Positions 27,319 to 36,932 of a stretch of DNA of 64,000 nucleotides are shown here, piece by piece (positions within the stretch are counted from its first letter, which is position 1; each line of letters begins with the position of its first letter). The stretch lies in NCBI GenBank assembly GCA_003245675.1, contig QKCN01000029.1, positions 901 to 64,900 of the forward strand, read 5' to 3'. The DNA comes from Bacteriovoracaceae bacterium (GTDB lineage: Bacteria; Bdellovibrionota; Bacteriovoracia; Bacteriovoracales; Bacteriovoracaceae). The notes under the pieces were generated by a model that saw nothing but the letters and a program-made list of their open reading frames with translations, did not search any database and was not told where the DNA came from. Position numbers and translations under genes: made by a program.

Positions 27319-28503
27319 TTATAAGATCCTATTGAGATTCAAAATTGAAAGCGATAATATTTTCTTTAGATCATTTGCATTATCTAGGCGTGATTGCTTG
27401 ATTGACTGAGAGGTAGAATGGAATTCAGGGAAAATGGTGCGAACAATTTTTTCTTGGTTCACTTCATTGCAGAGAAATCCATCGGCCTGGAGATCTTCAA
27501 AACAGAAATTAAAGTCGCGTGTTAAATAGTATTTTTTCATTATTTTAAATAGGGTGAGACGAAGCGCTGCATTTTGATATTTTTCTCTCACTTGCGCCAG
27601 TAGAGCATCATATATTTTCCGATCAGAAAGAGGTGGCATACCCTCTCTTTTGATTGCATCATAGTGGTCTTTGATTTCATTATAAGAAATAATGCCAGAG
27701 GCTTCTCGGTTTAATTCGGGGGCCAGGCGGGGAATTTGTCGTCTGATGGCCCAGGCGCGATAGATCTTTTTTTGTTCTGTTTTTAGTTGAGCCTTAATTT
27801 CAGTTTCGAATTCACGCCAATTTTCTGGTAGCTTTTCAAAATAAAGGGAGACTTTGCGCCAGGCAGGGAGATTCAATTTGCTGGTATTATCATTAAGTAT
27901 TTTGCAGGTGTAGCGGAATTCTCCATCGCAATAGTCAAAGGCAAAGCTTAAGTTGAGGTCTTGATCCTGCACCACACTTTTTAGTAACTCAAAAAGTTCT
28001 TGATTGCCATGCTGGAGACTTCCTTGGTGGTTGGCCGGGATTAGTCCTTTTTGAATGGCAAAGGTTAAAAGAGACGCTCTGAGAAAGTATTGAGTCCTGC
28101 GTTCTAGTTCTATTTCCATCTGATCTTTGACGTCAAGAGTTTCAAGGTCGAGGACCTTTGCTGCCACGGCCAGTGCGTAAGATAGTTGGTAATCATTATT
28201 TATTGTTAAGATAAAGGCATTTTCTATTTCTTGAAGACTAGCCTCCGGATTGCGCAATTTATAGAGCATTGAGAAGCTATTTTTGGATATGTTCTGACTG
28301 ATTTTAAGAACATCTTGGCCATTAATTTGAAGTTCTTTTACTGGCAGCTTTTGAAGCGCTGGAGAGTTTGCCCAAAAATATGAAAGATTGTAATCGGCCC
28401 AAAGAGGCTTCTCCTGAGCGATGACAGAAAAACTAAAAAACAGGAATGTAAAATAATATACAATTTTTTTCACTTTCATCCTCTTCATTCGCTCTATTGG
28501 CAT
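27319..28503 (-). CDS. Secreted protein of unknown function
   Basis: Hydrophobic signal-like segment IVYYFTFLFFSFSVIAQ. It overlaps the upstream gene by 10 nt. The start could be Met 1, 6 or 9. Confidence 0.6.
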   Translation of the reverse strand: MPIERMKRMKVKKIVYYFTFLFFSFSVIAQEKPLWADYNLSYFWANSPALQKLPVKELQINGQDVLKISQNISKNSFSMLYKLRNPEASLQEIENAFILTINNDYQLSYALAVAAKVLDLETLDVKDQMEIELERRTQYFLRASLLTFAIQKGLIPANHQGSLQHGNQELFELLKSVVQDQDLNLSFAFDYCDGEFRYTCKILNDNTSKLNLPAWRKVSLYFEKLPENWREFETEIKAQLKTEQKKIYRAWAIRRQIPRLAPELNREASGIISYNEIKDHYDAIKREGMPPLSDRKIYDALLAQVREKYQNAALRLTLFKIMKKYYLTRDFNFCFEDLQADGFLCNEVNQEKIVRTIFPEFHSTSQSIKQSRLDNANDLKKILSLSILNLNRIL

Positions 28504-29723
28504 TCCGGAATGGTTGTAAATTGGTAATTAATCCAATTGGCAAACCATGTCGTTAATTGTTGATCTGGATAGAGTTGAATGGCATAGGCCGTGCGCGAAT
28601 TAATACGCAACAGGCGAGTTAGATGCCAGCTAAAACTCTTAATTCCCAGTGGATGGACATAAACAAGTGTTCCTCGAAGGAAATCATTGCTAAGTAGCTC
28701 TCTAATTTTTAATACAACATAAGCACTTTGTTCTCCGATGAGATCAGAAAGAAAATCTTCTTCAAAAACATATTCGTAGTCTTTTCCCCAAAAAATTTCG
28801 GGTTGGAAAAGTTTGTTGCGTACTTCAGCTCGTAGCAATGAACTGAATTTCCAGGCTTCGAGTGCAATGTCATTGATTTCATCGAGTGATCCTTGCTCGG
28901 CAAGTTCTTTTCCTGCAGCCTGAGAAGCATGAACAATCATAAAATTTTCATTGCGGTCTGCAGGAGAGTCTAGGTAATCTTCTCCGCGCAAATTATGAAT
29001 GGCCCCACCCATTCCATTCCAAGCTGCTGCACCATAAGAGGCAAGCTTACTCAAATTAGAGTCTTCGTAAGAACCTTTATTTTCTTGGAAGATTTCATGC
29101 CCTTCAAATTGTTTTAACTGGCTCCAGGGGCCAACGATTAGATTCTTCTTAAAAAGAGAGTTAAAAGCTTTTTCCCCTAAAAATTCATATTGAGCCGCAA
29201 AGCCCATGACCTGAAGGCCAACAGCACATTCCGTTTTGCAGCTACCAGTATAAAGACAGTCCATGGCATCGGAACAGCTATTGCGTGGAGCATAGCAACT
29301 GCCGCCGACACATTTCCACTCCGATCTTGGAAGTTCGACAAAGGCATTGCCATCTGTGAAGCGGTAGTATGGGTTTTTAGCGAGCTTGATTGCTGCATTT
29401 AAAGTGGCTTCTTTCAGCTTTTGCTTGTAACCGCAGCGAGAAGTCATTGAACCGAGCAGTTCCATGAGCTTATCAGACAATTCAATTTTTTGATTGGGAA
29501 ATTGAATCTGCAATTCACCCTCATCCCAGCTTTCTTGCAAATTTTCGTTATCACAGGGATTGCCATCATTATAATGAATGGTATCAGTGTTATTAAAAAT
29601 TTGGGTTTTCCAGCCTGCGGCTTGAAATAGCTTGCTGGCGCACTGAGCTGAGATAATAGAATTTTCGGCATGGGCCGATATCAAAAAACTAAAGACTAAG
29701 ATAGAGAGAGTGAGTTTTTTCAT
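28494..29723 (-). CDS. Secreted Cys-rich protein of unknown function
   Basis: Signal peptide MKKLTLSILVFSFLISAHA. Cys cluster CVGGSCYAPRNSCSDAMDCLYTGSCKTEC. No family recognised. Confidence 0.6.
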   Translation of the reverse strand: MKKLTLSILVFSFLISAHAENSIISAQCASKLFQAAGWKTQIFNNTDTIHYNDGNPCDNENLQESWDEGELQIQFPNQKIELSDKLMELLGSMTSRCGYKQKLKEATLNAAIKLAKNPYYRFTDGNAFVELPRSEWKCVGGSCYAPRNSCSDAMDCLYTGSCKTECAVGLQVMGFAAQYEFLGEKAFNSLFKKNLIVGPWSQLKQFEGHEIFQENKGSYEDSNLSKLASYGAAAWNGMGGAIHNLRGEDYLDSPADRNENFMIVHASQAAGKELAEQGSLDEINDIALEAWKFSSLLRAEVRNKLFQPEIFWGKDYEYVFEEDFLSDLIGEQSAYVVLKIRELLSNDFLRGTLVYVHPLGIKSFSWHLTRLLRINSRTAYAIQLYPDQQLTTWFANWINYQFTTIPECQ

Positions 29724-29950
29724 GATCTAATCCACCATTTGTTTTTGTATGAAATATGAATGAGGGAATTATAAGGGAAAGGCTTGCGCAGTGCAGCAAC
29801 TACTTAAGTTTGTGTAATTTTTACAAAGTTTAATATTATGAAACTATTATGGGTTGTTAAGGATGATTTGCTGGACCTTTTAAATTTTTAGCGTTAAGTT
29901 CAAGCTATTCCAAATATCAGTTTTAACATTCACTAAAAAAAAGAGGGACA

Positions 29951-30877
29951 ATGGATCAAGTGCTTCTGAATTCTATTTTGACGTTAAGTGGGATTGCCAT
30001 TTTAGCTTCATCAATTTTATTTATAGCAGCGAAGAAGTTTCAAGTGGAAGAAGATCCCAGAATCCAAGACATTGACGAGGTTTTACCTGGCGCCAATTGT
30101 GGAGCTTGTGGTTTTCCTGGTTGTCGCAATTTTGCTGATGCCGTGGTGAAACGCGGTCATGTTGGCAATGCTTTTTGTCCGGTGGGCGGCAATGAAACCA
30201 TGAAAAAAGTTGGTGCAATTATGGGTGAGACTGTGGCAGAGCAGGATCCTTTGATTGCAGTTGTACGCTGTCAGGGATCGCGCGAGAAAGCACCCAAAAA
30301 AATCAATTATTTAGCGGCTCGTTCTTGTGCTCTTTCGCACATGACTTTTTCCGGAGAAAAGGGCTGTCCTAATAGTTGTTTGGGCCTAGGTGACTGCGTT
30401 TTTGTTTGCTTATTTGACGCGATTAAAGTCAATGAGCAAACAGGTCTTCCTGAGGTTGATAAAGAAAAATGTACGGCCTGCGGTGCTTGTGTCACTGCTT
30501 GTCCTCGCCGAATTATAGAACTGCGCCCCAAGAAAGACAAAATGGTGTACATCGCTTGCATGAACCGTGAAAAAGGTGCCTTTGCCAAGAAGAATTGCCA
30601 AGTCGCTTGTATTGGCTGTTCTAAATGTGTGAAGGTGGCGACGGAATTACAAGGTGAGGCTGCTGGTTCTCAAGTTGAATCTTTTTTGGCTTATCTTTCG
30701 CCGGCCATTGATGCTGAAAAATTTGGGGCCAAAATTGTTACAGCTTGCCCGACCAAATCAGTGGTCGGAATTGGCCTTGAGAACGAAGTTGCACAAATCC
30801 GTGAAGAAGAAAAAAAGGCACGTTTAGAAAAAGCAAAGGCAATGAAAGAGTCTGACGCTTTAAAGGGTAAAGAATAA
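29951..30877 (+). CDS. rnfB: Rnf electron-transport complex subunit B
   Basis: N-terminal TM helix. Motif LPGANCGACGFPGCRNFADA. Several CxxCxxCxxxCP ferredoxin motifs. Confidence 0.9.
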   Translation: MDQVLLNSILTLSGIAILASSILFIAAKKFQVEEDPRIQDIDEVLPGANCGACGFPGCRNFADAVVKRGHVGNAFCPVGGNETMKKVGAIMGETVAEQDPLIAVVRCQGSREKAPKKINYLAARSCALSHMTFSGEKGCPNSCLGLGDCVFVCLFDAIKVNEQTGLPEVDKEKCTACGACVTACPRRIIELRPKKDKMVYIACMNREKGAFAKKNCQVACIGCSKCVKVATELQGEAAGSQVESFLAYLSPAIDAEKFGAKIVTACPTKSVVGIGLENEVAQIREEEKKARLEKAKAMKESDALKGKE

Positions 30878-30878
30878 T

Positions 30879-32216
30879 ATGAAGTTGAAAACATTTCGCA
30901 TTGGTGGAATTCATCCTGCAGAAAATAAGCTTTCCCGTGCGGCAAGCATTGAAGATGCGGGAATTCCCACAAAGGTTATGATTCCCATTCATCAAAATTT
31001 AGGGGCCCCTTCTAAGGTTTTGGTTAAAAAAGGGGATCAAGTCAAAGTTGGCCAAGTTATTGCTGAGCCAGGAGGATTTGTTTCTGCCTACGTTCACTCG
31101 TCTGTTTCAGGAACCGTTTCAGGCATTGAAGATGTGACCGATGTTTCTGGTTACCGTCGTCCCTGTGTTGTTATTGATGTAGAAGGCGATGAGTGGTTGG
31201 AGGAAATTGATCGCACTCCAGAGCTTAAGCGTGAATGCAAGCTAGAGGCTAAAGAAATTGTCGAAAAAATTCGTCAAGCTGGCATTGTGGGCATGGGGGG
31301 AGCCGCTTTTCCTGCTCATGTAAAGCTTTCTATTCCAGAAGGCAAAAAAGCAGAAATGCTTATTTTAAATGGCGTAGAATGTGAGCCTTATTTAACTGCC
31401 GATCATCGTTTGATGCTAGAGCACGCAGAAGAAATTTTAATTGCCACTCAAGTTTTGATGAAGGCCATTGGGGTCGATAAAGCTCAGATTGGTATTGAGA
31501 ACAATAAACCCGATGCTATTGAAAAGTTTAAGACGCTTCTTTCAAACTATGCGGGAATTGAAGTCGTGCCCCTTAAAATACAGTATCCTCAAGGCGGAGA
31601 GAAGCAGTTGATTCAATCGTTGATGGATAAGGAAGTTCCTTTTGGGGGATTGCCTATTGATATTGGTGCTGTTGTGATGAACGTGGGATCAGTGTTTGCC
31701 GTCTATGAAGCGATATTTAAAAATAAGCCCGTTTTTGAACGCATTGTAACAGTTACTGGAAAATCAGTTGCGAAGCCTTGTAATTTAAAAGTCCGTCTTG
31801 GAACACCTATTTCTTATCTGATTGAAAAAGCAGGGGGTGCCCCTGAGGATACAGGTAAAGTTATTTCTGGCGGTCCAATGATGGGAAAGGCTTTGACCTT
31901 AATCGATATTCCTGTTGTTAAAGCAACATCGGGCGTTCTTTTAATGAGGCAAGAAGAGTGTGAGCGTCATGAAGAAAGTGCTTGTATTCGCTGTGGACGT
32001 TGTGTCACGGCTTGTTCTTTGGGATCTGTTCCTTATCTTTGGTCCAGAGAGATTGATCAAGGAGAGTGGGAAAAGGCAGAAGCTGATCATGTGATGCTTT
32101 GTTGTGAATGTGGAGCCTGTCAGTATGCTTGTCCGGCCAACATTCCTTTGTTGGATAAAATTCGTGTTGCTAAAAATAAAATTAATCAAATAAAGAGAGC
32201 TAGGAGTCAAAAGTGA
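30879..32216 (+). CDS. rnfC: Rnf complex subunit C
   Basis: Motifs GGIHP and GMGGAAFPAHVKL. Two 4Fe-4S motifs, CIRCGRCVTAC and CCECGACQYACP. Confidence 0.9.
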   Translation: MKLKTFRIGGIHPAENKLSRAASIEDAGIPTKVMIPIHQNLGAPSKVLVKKGDQVKVGQVIAEPGGFVSAYVHSSVSGTVSGIEDVTDVSGYRRPCVVIDVEGDEWLEEIDRTPELKRECKLEAKEIVEKIRQAGIVGMGGAAFPAHVKLSIPEGKKAEMLILNGVECEPYLTADHRLMLEHAEEILIATQVLMKAIGVDKAQIGIENNKPDAIEKFKTLLSNYAGIEVVPLKIQYPQGGEKQLIQSLMDKEVPFGGLPIDIGAVVMNVGSVFAVYEAIFKNKPVFERIVTVTGKSVAKPCNLKVRLGTPISYLIEKAGGAPEDTGKVISGGPMMGKALTLIDIPVVKATSGVLLMRQEECERHEESACIRCGRCVTACSLGSVPYLWSREIDQGEWEKAEADHVMLCCECGACQYACPANIPLLDKIRVAKNKINQIKRARSQK

Positions 32217-33208
32217 GTGTGGAACAATTAACCGTTTCTCCTTCGCCTCATATCAAGGACAGTCATACCACTAAGGAAATTATGTGGTGGGTATTTGCTG
32301 CTTTGGTACCGGCTTTGGTTGTATCAGTCTATTTCTTTGGATGGAGTGCCCTAAGAGTTTCTTTGCTTTCCATCTTCTTCTGTGTAATTTTTGAATTTTT
32401 AATTCAACGATTTATGCTAAAAGTTTCCACTACAATTTGTGATGGCTCAGCTGCTGTTACTGGATTGTTGTTAGCCTTTAACTTACCCAGCACTTTGCCG
32501 ACTTGGATGATTATTGTGGGGGCTTTTGTCGCTATTGCCATTGGTAAAATGAGCTTTGGTGGTCTTGGCAAGAATCCTTTTAATCCTGCTCTCGTTGGAC
32601 GTGTCTTTCTTTTGATTTCTTTCCCCGTGGATATGACTTCTTGGGCATTGCCTTTTTCTTCAGAGGCCTTCTTTGGTGTTGATGCCAAAACAGGAGCGAC
32701 AGTACTAGGGATGGTAAAAGAAGGCATCATGCAAGGTAAGCTGATTTCTGCCATGGCCTTACCATCGTTGAAATCAATGTTTGCCGGTAATATGCCTGGT
32801 TCTTTGGGGGAGGTTTCAGCCTTAGCTTTATTTATTGGCGGAATTGCTTTGTTGTTTAAGCGCATCATCTCTTGGCATATTCCTGTGGCTTTTTTAGGAA
32901 CTCTTATTTTTATGGCATTGAGCTTTAATCTTTATAATGGGGAGAGATTTTTAGCTCCTTTAATTCACCTTTTGGCTGGTGGGGCAATGCTGGGTGCCTT
33001 CTTTATGGCAACCGATATGGTGACTTCACCTATGACTCGCTGGGGGCAAATTATTTTTGGAATCGGCTGTGGGGTTTTAACATATCTCATTAGAACGTTT
33101 GGAGCTTATCCCGAAGGTGTTAGTTTTGCCATTTTGATAATGAATGCACTTGTGCCTTTGATTGATAAGATGATTAGACCCAGACCTTTTGGAGTGGTGA
33201 AAAAATGA
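32213..33208 (+). CDS. rnfD: Rnf complex subunit D
   Basis: Polytopic. N-terminal SPSPHI. FMN-attachment context ATDMVTSP. Confidence 0.9.
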   Translation: MSVEQLTVSPSPHIKDSHTTKEIMWWVFAALVPALVVSVYFFGWSALRVSLLSIFFCVIFEFLIQRFMLKVSTTICDGSAAVTGLLLAFNLPSTLPTWMIIVGAFVAIAIGKMSFGGLGKNPFNPALVGRVFLLISFPVDMTSWALPFSSEAFFGVDAKTGATVLGMVKEGIMQGKLISAMALPSLKSMFAGNMPGSLGEVSALALFIGGIALLFKRIISWHIPVAFLGTLIFMALSFNLYNGERFLAPLIHLLAGGAMLGAFFMATDMVTSPMTRWGQIIFGIGCGVLTYLIRTFGAYPEGVSFAILIMNALVPLIDKMIRPRPFGVVKK

Positions 33209-33792
33209 AAAAATTAGAATCAACTTTTTGGAATATGGTTTTAGTGCTCTTTGGTGTGGCCTTTATTTCTTCTTTGCTTTTGGGGATTGTTCACAAAATC
33301 ACCAAGGCTGAAATTGAAAGAGCACAGATGGTAAAACAATTTAAGTCTGTGATCGATGTCTTGAATGAAGGTTTCGACAACAATCCAGGTAAAGAAGTGG
33401 TCATGCTCTTAAATGATGAAAACCAAGAGCTTGAGTGCTTCCCCGCCAAGAAGGGAGATAAACTGGATTCAGTGGCAGTTAAGGCCACCACTCCCCAAGG
33501 GTTTAGTGGCAATGTCACTTTGATGGTCGGCTTTTTGGCCGATGGAAGCATTAATAAAATCTCTGTTTTAGAACAAAAAGAAACTCCCGGTCTGGGAACT
33601 AAAATGACTGAAGAAAAGTTTAAGTCCCAGTTTTATGGAAAAAATTTGGAAAATTTTAAGGCCATGGTGAAAAAAGATGGGGGAGATGTTGATGCCATTA
33701 CTGCCGCAACCATTTCCAGCCGCGCTTTTTGTGATGCAGTCAACAGAGCGTACAAGGTGTTTAAAACTTATAAAAGCACAATTGAATTTTAA
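33205..33792 (+). CDS. rnfG: Rnf complex subunit G
   Basis: Single N-terminal TM helix. Motifs ETPGLG and DAITAATISSRA (FMN-binding). Confidence 0.85.
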   Translation: MKKLESTFWNMVLVLFGVAFISSLLLGIVHKITKAEIERAQMVKQFKSVIDVLNEGFDNNPGKEVVMLLNDENQELECFPAKKGDKLDSVAVKATTPQGFSGNVTLMVGFLADGSINKISVLEQKETPGLGTKMTEEKFKSQFYGKNLENFKAMVKKDGGDVDAITAATISSRAFCDAVNRAYKVFKTYKSTIEF

Positions 33793-33801
33793 GAGGCGAG
33801 T

Positions 33802-34392
33802 ATGAGTTATTTCAAAGATTTTAAAAGAGGCATTTTAAAAGAAAACCCCGTTTTCGTTATGCTACTTGGTATGTGTCCGACTTTAGGGGTGACCACTGGT
33901 GCTGAAAATGGATTGGGCATGGGATTGGCCACGGCCTTTGTGTTGGTGCTTTCTAATATTTTTGTCTCATTAATGAAGAATATTATTCCCGATAAAGTGC
34001 GTATTCCCGCTTTCATTGTGATCATTGCATCTTTTGTGACAATGGTTGATTTATTGATGTCTGCGTATTTACCGGCTTTACATGCTAAGCTTGGGATTTT
34101 TATTCCATTGATTGTGGTCAACTGTGTGATCTTAGGACGAGCAGAGGGCTTTGCTTCTAAAAATAATCCTCTTTCTTCCATGATGGATGGAATTGGCATG
34201 GGACTTGGCTTTACTTTGGCCCTCACATTGTTGGGATCTGTGCGTGAGCTATTAGGAAGTGGCGCTATTTTTTCTCATTCACTAGTTGCAGAAAACGCTC
34301 GTACCATGTTGCTTTTCATTATGCCTCCTGGCGCTTTTTTGGCCTTGGGCTTTTTGATCGCTGCAGTTAATCGCTTAAAGGGCGCAAAGTAG
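33802..34392 (+). CDS. rnfE: Rnf complex subunit E
   Basis: Motif [11 protein letters not shown]. Polytopic, 196 aa. Confidence 0.9.
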   Translation: MSYFKDFKRGILKENPVFVMLLGMCPTLGVTTGAENGLGMGLATAFVLVLSNIFVSLMKNIIPDKVRIPAFIVIIASFVTMVDLLMSAYLPALHAKLGIFIPLIVVNCVILGRAEGFASKNNPLSSMMDGIGMGLGFTLALTLLGSVRELLGSGAIFSHSLVAENARTMLLFIMPPGAFLALGFLIAAVNRLKGAK

Positions 34393-34403
34393 GGGATTGA
34401 ATC

Positions 34404-34976
34404 ATGGAATATATCATTATTATTATTAGTGCTGTTCTTGTTAATAATATCGTTCTTTCTCAATTTTTGGGTATCTGCCCTTTTCTTGGCGTTTCCAATA
34501 AAATTTCAACATCTTTAGGAATGGGGGGGGCCGTTATCTTTGTTATGGCCTTGGCTACTATTGTGACTTATCTCATCCAAAAGCTTCTGTTGGTACCTTT
34601 GCACATTGAATATATGCAAACAGTTTCCTTTATTTTGGTGATTGCAGCGTTGGTACAACTGGTGGAGATTGTTTTGAAGAAAACGGCCCCTGCGCTTTAT
34701 CAAGCTTTAGGTATTTTCTTGCCTTTGATTACAACAAATTGTGCCGTCCTTGGTGTTGCCATTTTGACTATTCAAAAGGATTACAATTTACTTGAGTCAG
34801 TGGTGTTCGCCATTGCCAATGCTGTGGGCTTTACTTTAGCTTTGGTTATTTTTGCAGGTCTTCGCGAGCATTTAGATCTTGTGCTAGTTCCTAAAGGAAT
34901 GAGGGGAATTCCTATTGCTCTTGTGACTGCCGGCCTTCTTTCCTTGGCCTTCATGGGCTTTGCTGGATTAGTTTAA
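34404..34976 (+). CDS. rnfA: Rnf complex subunit A
   Basis: Motif FLGICPFLGVS. Polytopic, 190 aa. Confidence 0.9.
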   Translation: MEYIIIIISAVLVNNIVLSQFLGICPFLGVSNKISTSLGMGGAVIFVMALATIVTYLIQKLLLVPLHIEYMQTVSFILVIAALVQLVEIVLKKTAPALYQALGIFLPLITTNCAVLGVAILTIQKDYNLLESVVFAIANAVGFTLALVIFAGLREHLDLVLVPKGMRGIPIALVTAGLLSLAFMGFAGLV

Positions 34977-35006
34977 TTTGCATAAAAATAAATAGTTAGC
35001 AATCTT

Positions 35007-35034
35007 AGAGGGGGAATTAATTCCCCCTCTTTTC
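35007..35034 (+). terminator. Rho-independent terminator ending the rnf operon
   Basis: agagggggaa ttaa ttccccctct followed by tttt. Confidence 0.7.
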
Positions 35035-35118
35035 ATTAGGACCTCTCTCATTAGAATGAAACCAATTGAGCTTTTGTCTAACAAGACATTGTTTATTAAA
35101 CGTTTCAAGGAGGAACTT

Positions 35119-35982
35119 ATGAAGAAATTATCATTGGTGACTGTTGCGGCTTTAATGGCCGGCTCTGCATATGCCAAAATCGGTGATATCGATTATCAAG
35201 CTGATGCAGGAAAAATGTACTATGAAGCAAATGTGGGAATGACTGCATTTACTACAGATGTTGACGTTCTTGGTACTACTATGGAGTACAAAGTAAACAC
35301 AATGTTTACAGCTCATTCTTTTAGCTATGGAGTGACGAAAGAATTAGAAGTGGGAGCAACTCTTGCGTATAGCTCTTCAAAGACTGAAGTTGATGGAACT
35401 GAGGCAGATGGGAAAGATGCTGGTCTAAATGATATTGAACTTAATGCAGCCTATGCACTTCCTCATGGTTTAACTGTTGGCGCTGTTTTAGGAATTTCTC
35501 CTGGAGATGCAGAGTCTGACGAAGATGGTAATAAAGATGGAAATGCTTATTCCGGTGGACATTGGCTTACTTTTTCTTTGACTTATGACTACAAATTAAA
35601 TGATGCATTGAAACTACAAGCAGAAGCAGCTTATAACTACAGAATGGAAGCGACAAGTGTTGAGCTTTCTGATGATAGCGAAAGCAAAACAAAGGCAACT
35701 GCAGATTATGGTGTTTCTTTCAAAGCTCAATATGATTTGAATGAAGCCGTTGCTGTTACTGCTGGTCTTGGATATTTGATCAATGGTGAAGAAGAAGACA
35801 AAGATTCAGGAGAAAAAGAAGAGTCTTACAGCACAACTTTTGCTAACATCGGAGCGATCTATCACATTTCTTCTGATATGTATGTTGGGGCTGAGTTTGA
35901 ATATGGTATGAATGAAGATAAAAATAATCGTAAAGATACTACTTCAAACACTGGTCTTCTTAAATTTGGCATGAATTTCTAA
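35119..35982 (+). CDS. Outer-membrane beta-barrel protein (porin-like), acidic
   Basis: SD aaggagg lies before the ATG at 35119. Signal peptide MKKLSLVTVAALMAGSAYA. Alternating beta-strand pattern. C-terminal FGMNF. Confidence 0.7.
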   Translation: MKKLSLVTVAALMAGSAYAKIGDIDYQADAGKMYYEANVGMTAFTTDVDVLGTTMEYKVNTMFTAHSFSYGVTKELEVGATLAYSSSKTEVDGTEADGKDAGLNDIELNAAYALPHGLTVGAVLGISPGDAESDEDGNKDGNAYSGGHWLTFSLTYDYKLNDALKLQAEAAYNYRMEATSVELSDDSESKTKATADYGVSFKAQYDLNEAVAVTAGLGYLINGEEEDKDSGEKEESYSTTFANIGAIYHISSDMYVGAEFEYGMNEDKNNRKDTTSNTGLLKFGMNF

Positions 35983-36008
35983 TTTAAATCATTATTTGAT
36001 GAAAATAG

Positions 36009-36040
36009 AGGGGGAGGCTTAGGCTTCCCCTTTTCTTTTT
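36009..36040 (+). terminator. Rho-independent terminator after the OMP gene
   Basis: agagggggaggc tta ggcttcccc followed by ttttcttttt. It shares the TAGAGGGGGA start with the terminator at 35007. Confidence 0.6.
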
Positions 36041-36137
36041 GGGAAATTACAGCGCAAACTCATTTCGCCACTTGCATAACCCCTTAAAATATAAGATTAT
36101 TTAGGAATATAAACTGCTTATGCTGGGGAGTGTGGAT

Positions 36138-36926
36138 ATGATGATGATCGGTCCCAAAAAGGAAAAGTTAAAACTTTCGGGCTTTAATAACTTAACCAAG
36201 GTGTTGAGTTTTAATCTCTATGATTTCTGTATCACTTTGAACGATAAGGAAAGAGAAGAATATATTCAATGGATCAACGAACAGTACTCTGCTGAGCGTA
36301 TTACCAAAATTTCAGAGGAGATTTGTAAAATAATCAAGGCCAATATTCTAGGAGTTTCTAAGCAAGACTACGATCCTGTTGGTGCTTCTACGATGGTACT
36401 GATGAGCGACTATATGGGGGGCGGATGGGATGCCACTCATCAACCTAAATCCAGTCAAGTCAATATGCATTTGGATAAATCTCATATTACGGCCCACACT
36501 TATCCTGAGGCGGGAGATCCCAATGGTATTTGTTCTTTCCGCGTTGATATCGATATTGCTACTTGTGGCGAAATTTCTCCTTTGAATGCGGTCAATTATC
36601 TTTTTGAGTCTTTTGAGTGCGATCTTGTCTATGTCGACTACGTTGTGCGAGGCTTCACCCGCCTAGAAGATGGCACTAAGATTTACAATGACTCCTATTT
36701 CAATTCCATTCAGGAGTTTATTAGACCTGAAATTTTGAATGACTATGAATATCGTTTGGATCTCAATATTCCCAATGACAACATTTGGCAGACAAAGTTG
36801 ATGATTAAAGATTTTCCTGTTGAGAGATACTTAATGCATCCTGAAGAGAAAAATCATCCTTATTGTGCAAGTAAAATGGAGTTATTGAAGGAAGAAATGT
36901 TTGAGATCTTTCGCTTGAAATCTTAG
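36138..36926 (+). CDS. speD: S-adenosylmethionine decarboxylase proenzyme (E. coli type)
   Basis: It aligns with E. coli SpeD: KLKLSGFNNLTKVLSFNLYD, the self-cleavage site HLDKSHITAHTYPE, and VDYVVRGFTR. SD ggggag lies before the ATG at 36138. An alternative ATG lies at 36120. Confidence 0.9.
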   Translation: MMMIGPKKEKLKLSGFNNLTKVLSFNLYDFCITLNDKEREEYIQWINEQYSAERITKISEEICKIIKANILGVSKQDYDPVGASTMVLMSDYMGGGWDATHQPKSSQVNMHLDKSHITAHTYPEAGDPNGICSFRVDIDIATCGEISPLNAVNYLFESFECDLVYVDYVVRGFTRLEDGTKIYNDSYFNSIQEFIRPEILNDYEYRLDLNIPNDNIWQTKLMIKDFPVERYLMHPEEKNHPYCASKMELLKEEMFEIFRLKS

Positions 36927-36932
36927 GAGAGT

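Noticed and set aside
28494-29723. Cys-rich secreted protein considered as a transglutaminase or papain-like enzyme (Cys166, Asp347, His367 spacing compared with microbial transglutaminase)
   Set aside because: The local sequence around the candidate residues does not resemble the remembered MTG motifs (YGCVGVTW, FDYGWFG, WTHGNHYH). A spacing coincidence alone is not evidence.
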